From positions 1,209 through 65,208 of the forward strand of contig CALGTP010000696.1 in the NCBI GenBank assembly GCA_937902105.1: DNA of 64,000 nt, in the 5' to 3' direction. The notes below the pieces were generated by a model. That model did no database searches. It was not told the origin of the DNA and was given only the letters and a program-made list of their open reading frames with translations. This stretch comes from an uncultured Actinomycetes bacterium. GTDB lineage: Bacteria; Actinomycetota; Acidimicrobiia; Acidimicrobiales; Ilumatobacteraceae. Within the stretch, counting starts at the first letter, position 1. Every line of letters starts with the position of its first letter. Positions 28,212 to 37,689 of the stretch are shown here, one piece after another. Position numbers and translations under genes: made by a program.

Positions 28212-29465
28212 TCAGATATCCGGTGCGTAGTCGAAGGAGAAATCACCGATCCACACCACATCACCTGCAACAGCTCCAGCACGCGATAAGAGACGCGGTA
28301 CACCCAACTTTTTGAGCCGTTCCTCGATGTATGTCATCGCCTCAGGAGTCGTGACATCGTTGAGGTGCACAGCGCGTTCAGCTTTGCGACCGTGGACGCG
28401 AAACCCGCCACCGGCAGCTATTTTTTCAACCCACGAACCGTCCGACTCAGGCTTGAGAATGACACGACCTTCAAGTACGGGCAAATCTGCTCGCGCCGAG
28501 TGCACCAGGCTCGCCAGGCGACCAACTAACTCACGTAAACCCTGATTGGTGATAGCCGAAATCAGCATTCCTTCCCATTCATCAACCATGGCAACAGTCG
28601 CTGAGTCAGTCTTCGTGCCGACGATGACTCGCGGGCGTTCGAGAAGACGGGGATCATATGATTCCAATTCGCGCAACAAAATATTTAGTTGATCCTCGGG
28701 TGATGTGTCGTCAACTGGCGCTAAGTCAATCAAAATACACAACACCCGTGCCCGCTCAACATGACGTAAGAATCGGTGACCGAGTCCCTTTCCCTCTGCT
28801 GCACCTTCAATCAGACCTGGGATGTCGGCCACGATAAATTCGGTGACATTGTCAATCCGTACGACTCCCAAGTTTGGTTCAAGAGTTGTAAATGGATAAG
28901 CCGCGATTTTTGGTTTAGCCGCAGAAATGACGCTAATCAATGTGCTTTTTCCAGCGTTGGGAAAGCCAACTAAAGCCACATCAGCGATGAGTTTAAGTTC
29001 GAGTTTCAGCCACCGATCAACGCCACTTTCACCTTGCTCGGCAAAGTTCGGAGCGCGCCGACGGTTCGCCATGAAACGTGCATTGCCGCGTCCCCCACGA
29101 CCACCGTGAGCAGCCAACCAACGATCCCCATGAAGAGTGAGGTCGGCAAGAATTTCCCCCGAGTACATATCCTTGATCAAAGTGCCTTCGGGAACCCTGA
29201 TTTCCATGACATCGCCGCGCTTGCCGTGAAGGTCTTTACCTTTTCCGTGGACGCCGTTGCCAGCAATACGGTGAGGATGATCACGAAAAGCCAGGAGGGA
29301 GGCCACATTACGGTCTGCGATCATCCACACATCGCCACCTTGCCCACCGTCGCCGCCATTTGGGCCACCCATAGCCTCAGGACCTTCGCGACGAAAAGAC
29401 ACACAGCCTGCTCCGCCGTCACCGGCCCGCACATTTAGTTGGCATTCATCAACAAACTGGCTCAT
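28212..29465 (-). CDS. obgE: GTPase ObgE/CgtA
   Basis: FVDECQLNVRAGDGGAGCVSFRRE is the Obg fold. The G1-G4 motifs are GFPNAGKST, DIPGLIEGA and TKTD. Confidence 0.95.
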   Translation of the reverse strand: MSQFVDECQLNVRAGDGGAGCVSFRREGPEAMGGPNGGDGGQGGDVWMIADRNVASLLAFRDHPHRIAGNGVHGKGKDLHGKRGDVMEIRVPEGTLIKDMYSGEILADLTLHGDRWLAAHGGRGGRGNARFMANRRRAPNFAEQGESGVDRWLKLELKLIADVALVGFPNAGKSTLISVISAAKPKIAAYPFTTLEPNLGVVRIDNVTEFIVADIPGLIEGAAEGKGLGHRFLRHVERARVLCILIDLAPVDDTSPEDQLNILLRELESYDPRLLERPRVIVGTKTDSATVAMVDEWEGMLISAITNQGLRELVGRLASLVHSARADLPVLEGRVILKPESDGSWVEKIAAGGGFRVHGRKAERAVHLNDVTTPEAMTYIEERLKKLGVPRLLSRAGAVAGDVVWIGDFSFDYAPDI

Positions 29466-29534
29466 TGCGACCTCTCACTGTGAACTTCTACGATACCTCC
29501 GCCAGCACCCACACCCCCGACGTATTGTTGTGGC

Positions 29535-30698
29535 GTGAGCGACGATCCATTGACATCACCTAACCCCAGCCCTCATACGGATCCAGATATGCAAGAACGG
29601 GCCGAACGCTGGGCCAGCACAATGGCCGGCTCAGACTCTGGATCTGGGGTGACCTTGGCCCATGCTGACTCGTGGGCAGGTACTGGCTCAGTTCAACATC
29701 GCTCCCGCTCAGAACGAGAAGAGGCCGAGGACTCGACTTTAAGTCGCTTGGCGACGCGTTCATTTGCTGCTGGCAATCGGGCCGCTGCCGAACAAGCCGA
29801 TCCATTTCGCACATGTTTTGAACGCGATCGCGATCGTATTCTGCATGCTCCGGCCTTTCGCCGACTGGCGGGCAAAACACAAGTATTCGTATTCCCCGAT
29901 GATCACCAACGGACGCGTCTCACACATGCCATCGAAGTCGCTCAGGTGGCCGCCTCTGTTGCCCGCCCACTCGGGCTCAATGTCACGCTGACTGAAGCCA
30001 TCGCCCTCGGCCATGATTGCGGTCATGGACCTGGTGGCCATGCCAGTGAGGATGCATTAGCGCCGTACATTGAGGGTGGCTTTGATCACGCGGTGTGGGG
30101 TGCCGACGTGACCCTCGTACCACTCAATCTGTGTATCGAGACCCTCAACGGAATCCGCAACCATTCGTGGAGTCGCCCCGCACCGGCAACTCCTGAAGGC
30201 GAAGTAGTCAGTTGGGCTGATCGCATTGCTTATGTTTGTCATGACTTTGAGGATGCAGTTGATGCTGGGATCGTTACTCCCGACCAATTACCACCATTAG
30301 TAAAATCACGTTGCGGTACCACTCGTTCGCAGCAACTCGGTACTTTCATTACCTCAATGGTGCAGGCCGCGATGAAGACTGGACGCATCGGCATGGAGCC
30401 AGATATTGCCGAAGCTCTCGCTGCCTTTCGCAAGTTCAACTACGAAGAGGTGTATCTGCGACCCGAAAGTCGTCACCAAGCAGATCAAGTCATCGCACTC
30501 CTACGTGCTCTCGTGGAGTTCTACACCGGTTCGCCAGACCATCTCCCCGAAGACCTGCGTTTCACAAGTGGTTCAACCCAAGCCCAGCACTCCGCTGTGG
30601 CATATGTGGCTGGCATGACTGACCGTTTCGCATGCCGTCAAGGAGCCGTGCTCCTTGGATGGAGCGAGGATCGCCTCCCGCAAGGCATTGACGTCTGA
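29535..30698 (+). CDS. dGTPase-like HD-domain phosphohydrolase (Dgt family)
   Basis: The motifs ...RDRDRILH..AFRRLA.KTQVF...D..RTRLTH..EVAQVA... and ...GHDCGHGPGGH form the Dgt/HD signature. The N-terminal ~60 aa are low-complexity, so the start is uncertain. Confidence 0.85.
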   Translation: MSDDPLTSPNPSPHTDPDMQERAERWASTMAGSDSGSGVTLAHADSWAGTGSVQHRSRSEREEAEDSTLSRLATRSFAAGNRAAAEQADPFRTCFERDRDRILHAPAFRRLAGKTQVFVFPDDHQRTRLTHAIEVAQVAASVARPLGLNVTLTEAIALGHDCGHGPGGHASEDALAPYIEGGFDHAVWGADVTLVPLNLCIETLNGIRNHSWSRPAPATPEGEVVSWADRIAYVCHDFEDAVDAGIVTPDQLPPLVKSRCGTTRSQQLGTFITSMVQAAMKTGRIGMEPDIAEALAAFRKFNYEEVYLRPESRHQADQVIALLRALVEFYTGSPDHLPEDLRFTSGSTQAQHSAVAYVAGMTDRFACRQGAVLLGWSEDRLPQGIDV

Positions 30699-30713
30699 CA
30701 TGTCCTGAGATAC

Positions 30714-30747
30714 AAAATGACCGCCCGAAGGCGGTCATTTAAAAAAA
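30714..30747. terminator. Bidirectional intrinsic terminator between the convergent dgt-like and rpmA genes
   Basis: A perfect stem aaatgaccgcc / ggcggtcattt with loop cgaa (30715-30740). It is flanked by an A-run on the + side and, read on the minus strand, by TTTT after the stem. Confidence 0.6.
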
Positions 30748-30763
30748 TAGAAAATGTGCAGTC

Positions 30764-31018
30764 CTATTCGGCTGGAACCACATCAATCACACGGCGTCCT
30801 TTACGGCTACCGAACTGAACAGTTCCATCAACTAAAGCGAACAATGTGTCATCGCCGCCACGGCCTACATTTTTACCTGCATGGAAAGTGGTGCCACGCT
30901 GGCGGATCAAAATCGTTCCGGCAGTAATTAAAGTTCCACCAAAAGATTTCACGCCGAGGCGTTGTGCGTTTGAGTCACGGCCGTTCCTTGTAGAACCGCC
31001 GCCTTTAGTCTTGGACAT
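30764..31018 (-). CDS. rpmA: 50S ribosomal protein L27
   Basis: 84 aa. The sequence [26 protein letters not shown]......[23 protein letters not shown] is canonical L27. Confidence 0.95.
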   Translation of the reverse strand: MSKTKGGGSTRNGRDSNAQRLGVKSFGGTLITAGTILIRQRGTTFHAGKNVGRGGDDTLFALVDGTVQFGSRKGRRVIDVVPAE

Positions 31019-31021
31019 GTG

Positions 31022-31333
31022 TCAGCCTTTCACGATTGAGGTGATCTCGACCACCTGATAGTGCTGGCGGTGACCATAACGACGGCGCTGATTAGTGCGG
31101 CGCTTATAGACAAAGCCGTTAATTTTAGGACCAGAGGCCGAGCCGACAATGCGACCCGAAACTTTTGATCCGGCGAGTTGGGTAGGTGTGGCGAGAACGG
31201 TACTGCCGTCGACGACCAGCACGGGCGTGAAGTCCACCGCGGCACCCTGTTCGAGGCCGAGAAGTTCTACATGCACTTGCTGGCCCTCGGCCACTCGGAC
31301 CTGTTTGCCACCGGTTGCGATCACTGCGTACAT
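31022..31333 (-). CDS. rplU: 50S ribosomal protein L21
   Basis: From the ATG at 31333 the protein begins MYAVIATGGKQVRVAEGQ..., the canonical L21 N-terminus. The listed ORF extends to 31396. Confidence 0.95.
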   Translation of the reverse strand: MYAVIATGGKQVRVAEGQQVHVELLGLEQGAAVDFTPVLVVDGSTVLATPTQLAGSKVSGRIVGSASGPKINGFVYKRRTNQRRRYGHRQHYQVVEITSIVKG

Positions 31334-31395
31334 AGCGAATTGCGACTCTACCTGCAATAATGACCCAATCACAACGCCACCGTCAGGACTCCTCA

Positions 31396-33363
31396 TCAGT
31401 TCAGTAAATCGTGGTTCACTTGAATCCCACGACCCTCACAATTAGGGCACTGATCAGCGAAATTGGTGAGCAATCCCTCGCCGATCCGCTTGCGAGTCAT
31501 TTCCACTAGACCGAGTTCAGAAATGTCGAAAACCTGAGTTCTGGTCTTATCGCGTGACAGAGCAGACTTGAAGGCATCGACCACCTTGCGGCGGTTTTCC
31601 TTGATCTCCATGTCAATGAAGTCAATGACGATGATGCCGCCAATATCGCGTAACCGCAGTTGATGGGCGACCTCCTCGGCCGCCTCAAGGTTGTTGGCGA
31701 AGACTGTGGCCTCCAGGTTCGAGGTCCCTACATTGCGACCCGTATTGACGTCAATGACGGTGAGGGCTTCGGTGTGCTCGATAATTAATGAGCCCCCAGA
31801 GGGCAACCAAACTTTGCGATCCAAAGCTTTGTGGATCTGCTCATGCACATGGTTCTTCTCAAAAATCGGCAATCCCTCGACGGCTGGATCAAAATATTCG
31901 ACACGATCAGCAAGCTCCGGATTAAAAGCCGAAACATAAGAATGCACATCTTCAAAGAGTTGATGATCGTCAATAATGACCCCGCGGTAATCCGAGTTGA
32001 ACTCTTCGCGAATCACTCGCACAGCAAGTGGAGGTTCGCGATACAACAGCGTGGGCCCACCAGCTTTAGCGGCCTTGGCTTCAATCGCCGCCCACTGATC
32101 CAATAGGCGCGTCATATCGGCCTGTAATTCATGTTCAGTAGCGGCTTCGGCTGCCGTTCGCACAATCAGCCCATGCTGTTCTGGTTTGACACGGTCAAGA
32201 ATGCTGCGCAATCGTTTACGCACATCATCGGGTAAACGCTTTGAGATGCCGTAGGTCCTTGAGTTCGGAATCAAAACGACAAAACGACCAGCCAAGGAGA
32301 CTTCTTGTGTCAGACGTGCCCCCTTCAGACCGATTGGGTTCTTAGTGATCTGACACACGATAAGTTGCTTACCCTTGAGGATCTGCTCAATACGTGGCTC
32401 ACTATCCACAATGTCCTCGGCGTCATATTGCACATCGCCGCGATAAAGAACCGCGTTTTTCTGCGTGCCAATGTCGACAAACGCCGCTTCCATACCAGGC
32501 AAGATATTTTGCACTTTTCCGACATAAATATTTCCGTGAATCTGCGATTCATCGTCTGCGGGACGACTCACATAATGCTCAATCAGGCTGCGCCCTTCCA
32601 TGACCGCCACTTGGGTAATGTCGGCACGCACTTGCACCGCCATAAAGTAACGCCCGATCGGACGCCCATTGCGTTCGCGACCTCGGCGGCGCTCAACGAC
32701 ATCAGCATCGGTTCGGTCGTTTTGACGAATATCTGCCCCACCGCGAGGTTTATTGTTGCGCTTACGCTTTTTCTTTGCGGGTGGAGTTGTACCTAAACCT
32801 TCAACCGCAGCACCATCACCTGGGTTCTCCACCGTTTCACCGGCAACCTCGGAAGAGTTTTTGGGCGCTGCCACTCGACCCTTGGCGCGACGCTCCCCCG
32901 GACGAGGTCCACCGGCGCGAGTGCCTCCAGGCATCGTGACGCCACGCGGGCCTTGAGCCGATAGCGGCGGAGTCGCGGGAACTGAACTTGATCGAGTGTC
33001 CCCGATTTTCGGCCGTTGAACCAAAGCTGCTTCGGCGACATCTGCGTCAGCCCGCCCCTCGCTCATACGCTCTGGTAGTTCGAAATCAAGTGCCACACCG
33101 GGCAACTCTGCTGGTTCATCAACAGTTACATGATCTTCAAGATCGCCGTCTTCAAGATCATCATCCTCAAAATCATCGCCATCTTCAGCAGACTCAGGAG
33201 CACCCGCAGGACGTGTTCGCCCACGCCCCCCACGTGATCCGCGACGACGCTTTTTCCGTGGACTATCGGACGTCAAAGATGATTCAGATAATTCTGGCGA
33301 TTCAGATGACTGCGAAACCGCTTCTGGCTCGTGAGTGTCGTCGGGGAATAGTGACTCGTTCAT
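31396..33363 (-). CDS. rne: Ribonuclease E/G family endoribonuclease with a ~230-aa disordered acidic/Arg-rich N-terminal extension
   Basis: An S1 domain (GNIYVGKVQNILPGMEAAFVDIG) is followed by the catalytic core (...VIDVNTG..., ...TN.EAA.E.A.QLRLRDIGGIIVIDFIDM...). The C-terminal Zn-link is CPNCEGRG. The N-terminus is rich in D/E and RGG-like runs, as in other actinobacterial RNase E proteins. Confidence 0.9.
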   Translation of the reverse strand: MNESLFPDDTHEPEAVSQSSESPELSESSLTSDSPRKKRRRGSRGGRGRTRPAGAPESAEDGDDFEDDDLEDGDLEDHVTVDEPAELPGVALDFELPERMSEGRADADVAEAALVQRPKIGDTRSSSVPATPPLSAQGPRGVTMPGGTRAGGPRPGERRAKGRVAAPKNSSEVAGETVENPGDGAAVEGLGTTPPAKKKRKRNNKPRGGADIRQNDRTDADVVERRRGRERNGRPIGRYFMAVQVRADITQVAVMEGRSLIEHYVSRPADDESQIHGNIYVGKVQNILPGMEAAFVDIGTQKNAVLYRGDVQYDAEDIVDSEPRIEQILKGKQLIVCQITKNPIGLKGARLTQEVSLAGRFVVLIPNSRTYGISKRLPDDVRKRLRSILDRVKPEQHGLIVRTAAEAATEHELQADMTRLLDQWAAIEAKAAKAGGPTLLYREPPLAVRVIREEFNSDYRGVIIDDHQLFEDVHSYVSAFNPELADRVEYFDPAVEGLPIFEKNHVHEQIHKALDRKVWLPSGGSLIIEHTEALTVIDVNTGRNVGTSNLEATVFANNLEAAEEVAHQLRLRDIGGIIVIDFIDMEIKENRRKVVDAFKSALSRDKTRTQVFDISELGLVEMTRKRIGEGLLTNFADQCPNCEGRGIQVNHDLLN

Positions 33364-33658
33364 GGGAAGTTTCCTCTCTTAAGCGCACTCGAAGGTGCGC
33401 TTTGCGGGTCACGGGCACAGAACTATGCTCCGTATCTCGCTCAATTCGATGGTGAAGGGGTATTAGCCCCGCGCTGGGAAGCGCTGGAATATCCAAGACA
33501 TCTTGCCGAGACAGATCAATGTGCCACGCGACCGCACAAGCAGTCAGGGCAGTGGAGCGCTCGTCCAGATTCTCAACGAGGATCTCAGGCCCTTGTCGGT
33601 TGGCTAGTTGGCGCACCCTTACCAGGAACGGTTCAAGCCGCGACCAGAGCGATGTCAT
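33302..33658 (-). CDS. Questionable hypothetical ORF inside the rne upstream region
   Basis: 118-aa ORF whose last ~20 codons overlap the rne start out of frame; its tail is Arg/His-rich, as expected for an off-frame read. A TAGAAT (-10-like) hexamer lies 9 nt upstream of its ATG. It could equally be non-coding rne leader. Confidence 0.2.
   Translation of the reverse strand: MTSLWSRLEPFLVRVRQLANRQGPEILVENLDERSTALTACAVAWHIDLSRQDVLDIPALPSAGLIPLHHRIERDTEHSSVPVTRKAHLRVRLREETSHERVTIPRRHSRARSGFAVI
33381..33402 (-). promoter_or_regulatory. Stem-loop immediately 5' of the rne ribosome-binding site
   Basis: aagcgcac / gtgcgctt forms a perfect 8-bp stem with a 6-nt loop. On the minus strand it is followed by aaGAGAGGaaacttccc and the rne ATG (33363). 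Confidence 0.4.
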
Positions 33659-33754
33659 GTGAGACAGATTCTACCGCCACCCCTGGCCGAAGGGATACTT
33701 ATCGGCCTGTGAGCCTGTGGATAAGTCTCTATCGTGGCACTTCTGACGGGATTT

Positions 33755-34918
33755 TCAGCGCATCCGACGCATATGGACATTCTCAACAAGCGCAATCATG
33801 ATAGCGAAAGAAACAAGTGAAGACCCTCCGTAACTGACAAAGGGCAGAGGCACCCCCGTCACGGGCATAATCCCCATGGTCATCCCAACATTTTGGAAAA
33901 CATGCCATAGCAGAACTCCGAAAACCCCTGCGCAGATATACGCCCCAAAGAGGTCTTTACTGAGGTGTCCAACCCTCCAGATTCGAAACAGCAACAGAGC
34001 GAAGAGACCCAAAACGATTCCCCCGCCGAGCATGCCGAATTGTTCACCGATAGCGGAAAAAATGAAATCGCTTTGCTGCACTGGAATGAATTTGCCATTT
34101 GTCAGCGGAGCCTGAAGGTACCCTTTACCAAACCAGCCACCCGTAGCCACCGCCCTTTTGGCGTAGCGCACCTGAAAGACATAGCGAGCCAAATCTTCGT
34201 CCGTGGAGTTCTGCTTGATGAAGGCCGTAATTCGCTTCAACTGATAGCGGTCCACGATTCCCGACAAGACTGCTGCTGCCACCGTCGTCACAGTTAAAAA
34301 ACTGATCAAAAGCAAATAACGCAAACGCGCTCCAGCCATGATCATGATGCTCAAAGCTCCAACGATCAAAACAAAAGCCGACCCTAAGTCGGGTTGAACA
34401 ATGATCAAGACCGTCGGCGCGCCGAGGAGTACAAGTCCAGTGATGAATTTGGAATAGCTCATGGAGTCTTCACGAGAGTCGCTATAGAACGCTGCGAGCG
34501 CTATCAGCACCGCCGGTTTTGCGAACTCGGCTGGCTGAAAAGCAATGGGTCCAAAGTCAAACGACAATCGTGCTCCGCCTTTCAACGCCCCAACCGACAA
34601 AACAAGGAGCAAAGCTATTAAAGATAAGCCGTAGAGAAAATACGCCCGCTCGCGCAACATTTGATAGTCAAACGACATCACGACTACGGCAGCCAGTGCG
34701 GACGCGATTAGGAACTCAACCTGGCGAATAGCAAACCAATAGGGGTCACTGTCGACCTTCCAAAAAGTGGCACTATAAATCGCAAAGACCCCGATAATCC
34801 CCAGCGTCAAAATTGAGCCCAACATCACCCAGTCGATATTGCGCTGAGGATCGCTTGGTCCAGATCGAATATTGCCAAGCCCTGAATTCGGTCGCCTATT
34901 CAAGAATGGCAGGCTCAT
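33755..34918 (-). CDS. rodA: Peptidoglycan glycosyltransferase RodA (SEDS family)
   Basis: 387 aa, about 10 TM. The FtsW/RodA/SpoVE motifs are ...QPAEFAK......, ...DLGSA... and ...GVPLPFVSYGGSS. It lies downstream of mrdA with a 1-nt overlap (TGATG). Confidence 0.9.
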   Translation of the reverse strand: MSLPFLNRRPNSGLGNIRSGPSDPQRNIDWVMLGSILTLGIIGVFAIYSATFWKVDSDPYWFAIRQVEFLIASALAAVVVMSFDYQMLRERAYFLYGLSLIALLLVLSVGALKGGARLSFDFGPIAFQPAEFAKPAVLIALAAFYSDSREDSMSYSKFITGLVLLGAPTVLIIVQPDLGSAFVLIVGALSIMIMAGARLRYLLLISFLTVTTVAAAVLSGIVDRYQLKRITAFIKQNSTDEDLARYVFQVRYAKRAVATGGWFGKGYLQAPLTNGKFIPVQQSDFIFSAIGEQFGMLGGGIVLGLFALLLFRIWRVGHLSKDLFGAYICAGVFGVLLWHVFQNVGMTMGIMPVTGVPLPFVSYGGSSLVSFAIMIALVENVHMRRMR

Positions 34919-37110
34919 CAGTCACGACCGCCATACGCCGCGCCGCCCAAACAACTTTTGTTGGAAAGCAACCTTTGCGGAGCGGCAACAGTGGCAGTGA
35001 TATCAAGTGGGTTGGACGGCAAAACCTCGCCCATCTTGGCCGCGCCTGCTACGGCCATGAACATGCATTTCACTACAGGGGCTGCGGCTTTTGCTCCATA
35101 GCCACTTTTCTCCAAGTACGCAGTGACAACGATCGGCCGAGCGGGATCAAGACTAAAAGCACCAAATGCTGATGAGTCGTTCCACGGAAGTCCCGCGCGT
35201 CCTTGAGCGGTACCGGTTTTTCCAGCAATCGGGAGGATGTCATACGGATAAGTCTTAAACAAACGCTCTCCCGTTGTGGAGTGATACGACCCAAAGGTCA
35301 CCCCAGGACCGGTAATCACCCGAGTCAGTCCTCTGATGATCGGACCACGAATTTCGTCAGGAATATTCAGACTACGAATGGTGTCTTTGTTAGCCAAGAA
35401 AGTGTCAACGACGGCCTGACTCATATCGGCGTAACCAACTATGTCGGAATTCGGAGTTCCAGGTTGCAATAAGGCCCGTCCCACGAGTGGGCGGTTGACA
35501 TCTCCGCCATTGGCTAGGGCGCCGTATGCCTGTGCCAACTGCAACGGTGACGCCGCCAAAAGCCCCTGACCCACCGCAAGTTGCACATTGTCACCCACTA
35601 GATAGTCAGTACTTTCGCCTGCCATCAAAACACCATCTTCAACCAACTTTTTCTTACTCACTTTGTCGGGCACTCTGCCCGCCGTTTCAAAGGGAAGATC
35701 AATGCCAGTTCTGCTACCAAAGCCAAACTTTCTCACTTCGTCTTGGAGAATAGGCTGACCACCTCGTTGGGCGAAAATTTCTTCCCCAATTTTATAAAAG
35801 AAGGCATCGCTCGATACCGCTAGCGCATCTTCAACCGTGACGTCGCCATATTGACACGCGTAGTTACCTCCTGCACACAACGCATTTCGATAAATACATT
35901 TCACCACTAAACACGTTTCCTCGTCGATGCTCGTGAGTTGGTAAGAACCCCGATCGGAATACTCGTATTCGCTACCTCCCACAAGTTGCCCTGAGTCAAG
36001 AGCGGCGTAAGCCACGAAGGGCTTGAAACTAGAACCCAGGTTGTACTGACCCTGAATCGCACGGTTGACCAAAAGAGATTTGTCGGGGTCATCGGTCTTG
36101 GGGAAAATTTCGCGAAATTTGTCGCTCGAGATCCCCGAATTGAACCAGCGGTTATCAAAGGTTGGATAACTCGCCAATGCCAGGACTTCACCCGTCGAGT
36201 AATCCATCATCACCACCGAACCCGCTGGGCTTTTCAAGTTTTCGCATTCCGCAAACTGCGGCTTCACAACTTGCTGCTTACTGTCTTTGGCTTGGCATGT
36301 TTCGACGAATCGTCGTAACAACAATTGCGTTTCTAAAGCCTGCTCTGCGTATTGCTGATAGTCAAGATCAATCGCTAATTCCAGATCATTCCCCGCTATT
36401 GGTTCAATTCTCTCAACTACTTTCAAAATTGTTCCGCGTGAGTCAATTTCATATTTTACGTAGCCGGGTTTCCCTCGCAAATAGCGTTCATAAATCTTCT
36501 CAACCCCGAATTGCCCGACCCGTTCGTTGAGGTCGTACCCGACATCAAGATATTGCGCTACGTCGTTCTCGGTAATTGATCCAAGGTAACCAATGACATG
36601 GGCGGCGAGTGGCGCTAAGGGATATTCGCGTTTCCATTGCGCAACGAAATCAATACCAGGGAAATCCTCATTACGCTCAATGAGATATGCCACCGTCTCT
36701 TCGCTGACGCCTTCTGCTAGGGGCATAGGTAATAAGGGACTGTATTTATTACTTGTGAAGCGTTCTTCCATATCGCTCACGCTCATGTCAAGCACTTTTG
36801 ACAAACGACCAAATAGCTCCAGTCGATCCTTGGTATCTACGACACTGCCCTCACTCCCCATTGCCTCCCAGGCCACAGTAATCGTCAAGATACGTTCATT
36901 GTCGGCCATGATCCGGCCTTGGCGGTCGAAAATTCTGCCTCGCTCAGGTAGCAACTTCACGGTTCTGGTTTTGTTGGCTTGAACGCGTTGCTCCAGCGCA
37001 GGTGAATCGACAACCTGCAAAAACCACATCCGCATACCGAGTGCAGTAAACAGCACAAGGGCAACCGCCCCAAGAGACGCCAAACGACTTGAACGTCTGT
37101 CAACAGCCAC
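34918..37110 (-). CDS. mrdA: Penicillin-binding protein 2 (class B transpeptidase, elongasome)
   Basis: 730 aa with an N-terminal TM anchor and a PBP dimerisation domain. The transpeptidase motifs are SxxK (GSSFKP), SxN-like and K[TS]G (AGKTGTA). It sits between mreD and rodA. Confidence 0.9.
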   Translation of the reverse strand: MAVDRRSSRLASLGAVALVLFTALGMRMWFLQVVDSPALEQRVQANKTRTVKLLPERGRIFDRQGRIMADNERILTITVAWEAMGSEGSVVDTKDRLELFGRLSKVLDMSVSDMEERFTSNKYSPLLPMPLAEGVSEETVAYLIERNEDFPGIDFVAQWKREYPLAPLAAHVIGYLGSITENDVAQYLDVGYDLNERVGQFGVEKIYERYLRGKPGYVKYEIDSRGTILKVVERIEPIAGNDLELAIDLDYQQYAEQALETQLLLRRFVETCQAKDSKQQVVKPQFAECENLKSPAGSVVMMDYSTGEVLALASYPTFDNRWFNSGISSDKFREIFPKTDDPDKSLLVNRAIQGQYNLGSSFKPFVAYAALDSGQLVGGSEYEYSDRGSYQLTSIDEETCLVVKCIYRNALCAGGNYACQYGDVTVEDALAVSSDAFFYKIGEEIFAQRGGQPILQDEVRKFGFGSRTGIDLPFETAGRVPDKVSKKKLVEDGVLMAGESTDYLVGDNVQLAVGQGLLAASPLQLAQAYGALANGGDVNRPLVGRALLQPGTPNSDIVGYADMSQAVVDTFLANKDTIRSLNIPDEIRGPIIRGLTRVITGPGVTFGSYHSTTGERLFKTYPYDILPIAGKTGTAQGRAGLPWNDSSAFGAFSLDPARPIVVTAYLEKSGYGAKAAAPVVKCMFMAVAGAAKMGEVLPSNPLDITATVAAPQRLLSNKSCLGGAAYGGRD

Positions 37111-37152
37111 GAAGCAACTCTGTCATACGATCCATCATCATTATCTTCAGCA

Positions 37153-37689
37153 TTACAAAAATAGTTCTGCTGGAGGCGAAATCCGCTGTTTACGACGAAT
37201 GGCTAGGCACCACTGAGATACTGGAATAAAGACCAACGCCGAGAGCGCATTGACACAAGCTACGACGATGATGACCTTGATGATGCGCCCCGAAAGCCAC
37301 CCCTCAATACCGATCACATTCGCCACGACGGCTAAGGCGAAAGTCGCAACGCCGCTCAGTATCCCCGTCACAACACAATCCAACCATTTTGGATTTGCCA
37401 AGGTGCGCGAATGAAAGTATCCAGCTCCCCAACCGGCACAGGCGTAGACCAGTGCTGACAGACCAAGTGGGCTGGTCAAGACAAGATCAAACATCAGACC
37501 TAAAACAAAACCTGCCAGTGCTCCACTTTCTGAACCACCCACCAACCCAGCGGTGATTGAAAGCGCCAGAAGCAGTTGGGCAATGATCCCAAAAAACTTC
37601 ATCTCTGTCAGCAAGGTTGTTTGCACTGCTAAGAGCAAAAGCCCAACTAAAAATAAACGCATCACCGGACGATTCAAAAGATTGATCAT
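37153..37689 (-). CDS. mreD: Rod shape-determining protein MreD
   Basis: 178 aa and highly hydrophobic (5-6 TM). An ATGA overlap with the mreC stop gives the canonical mreBCD position. Confidence 0.8.
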   Translation of the reverse strand: MINLLNRPVMRLFLVGLLLLAVQTTLLTEMKFFGIIAQLLLALSITAGLVGGSESGALAGFVLGLMFDLVLTSPLGLSALVYACAGWGAGYFHSRTLANPKWLDCVVTGILSGVATFALAVVANVIGIEGWLSGRIIKVIIVVACVNALSALVFIPVSQWCLAIRRKQRISPPAELFL

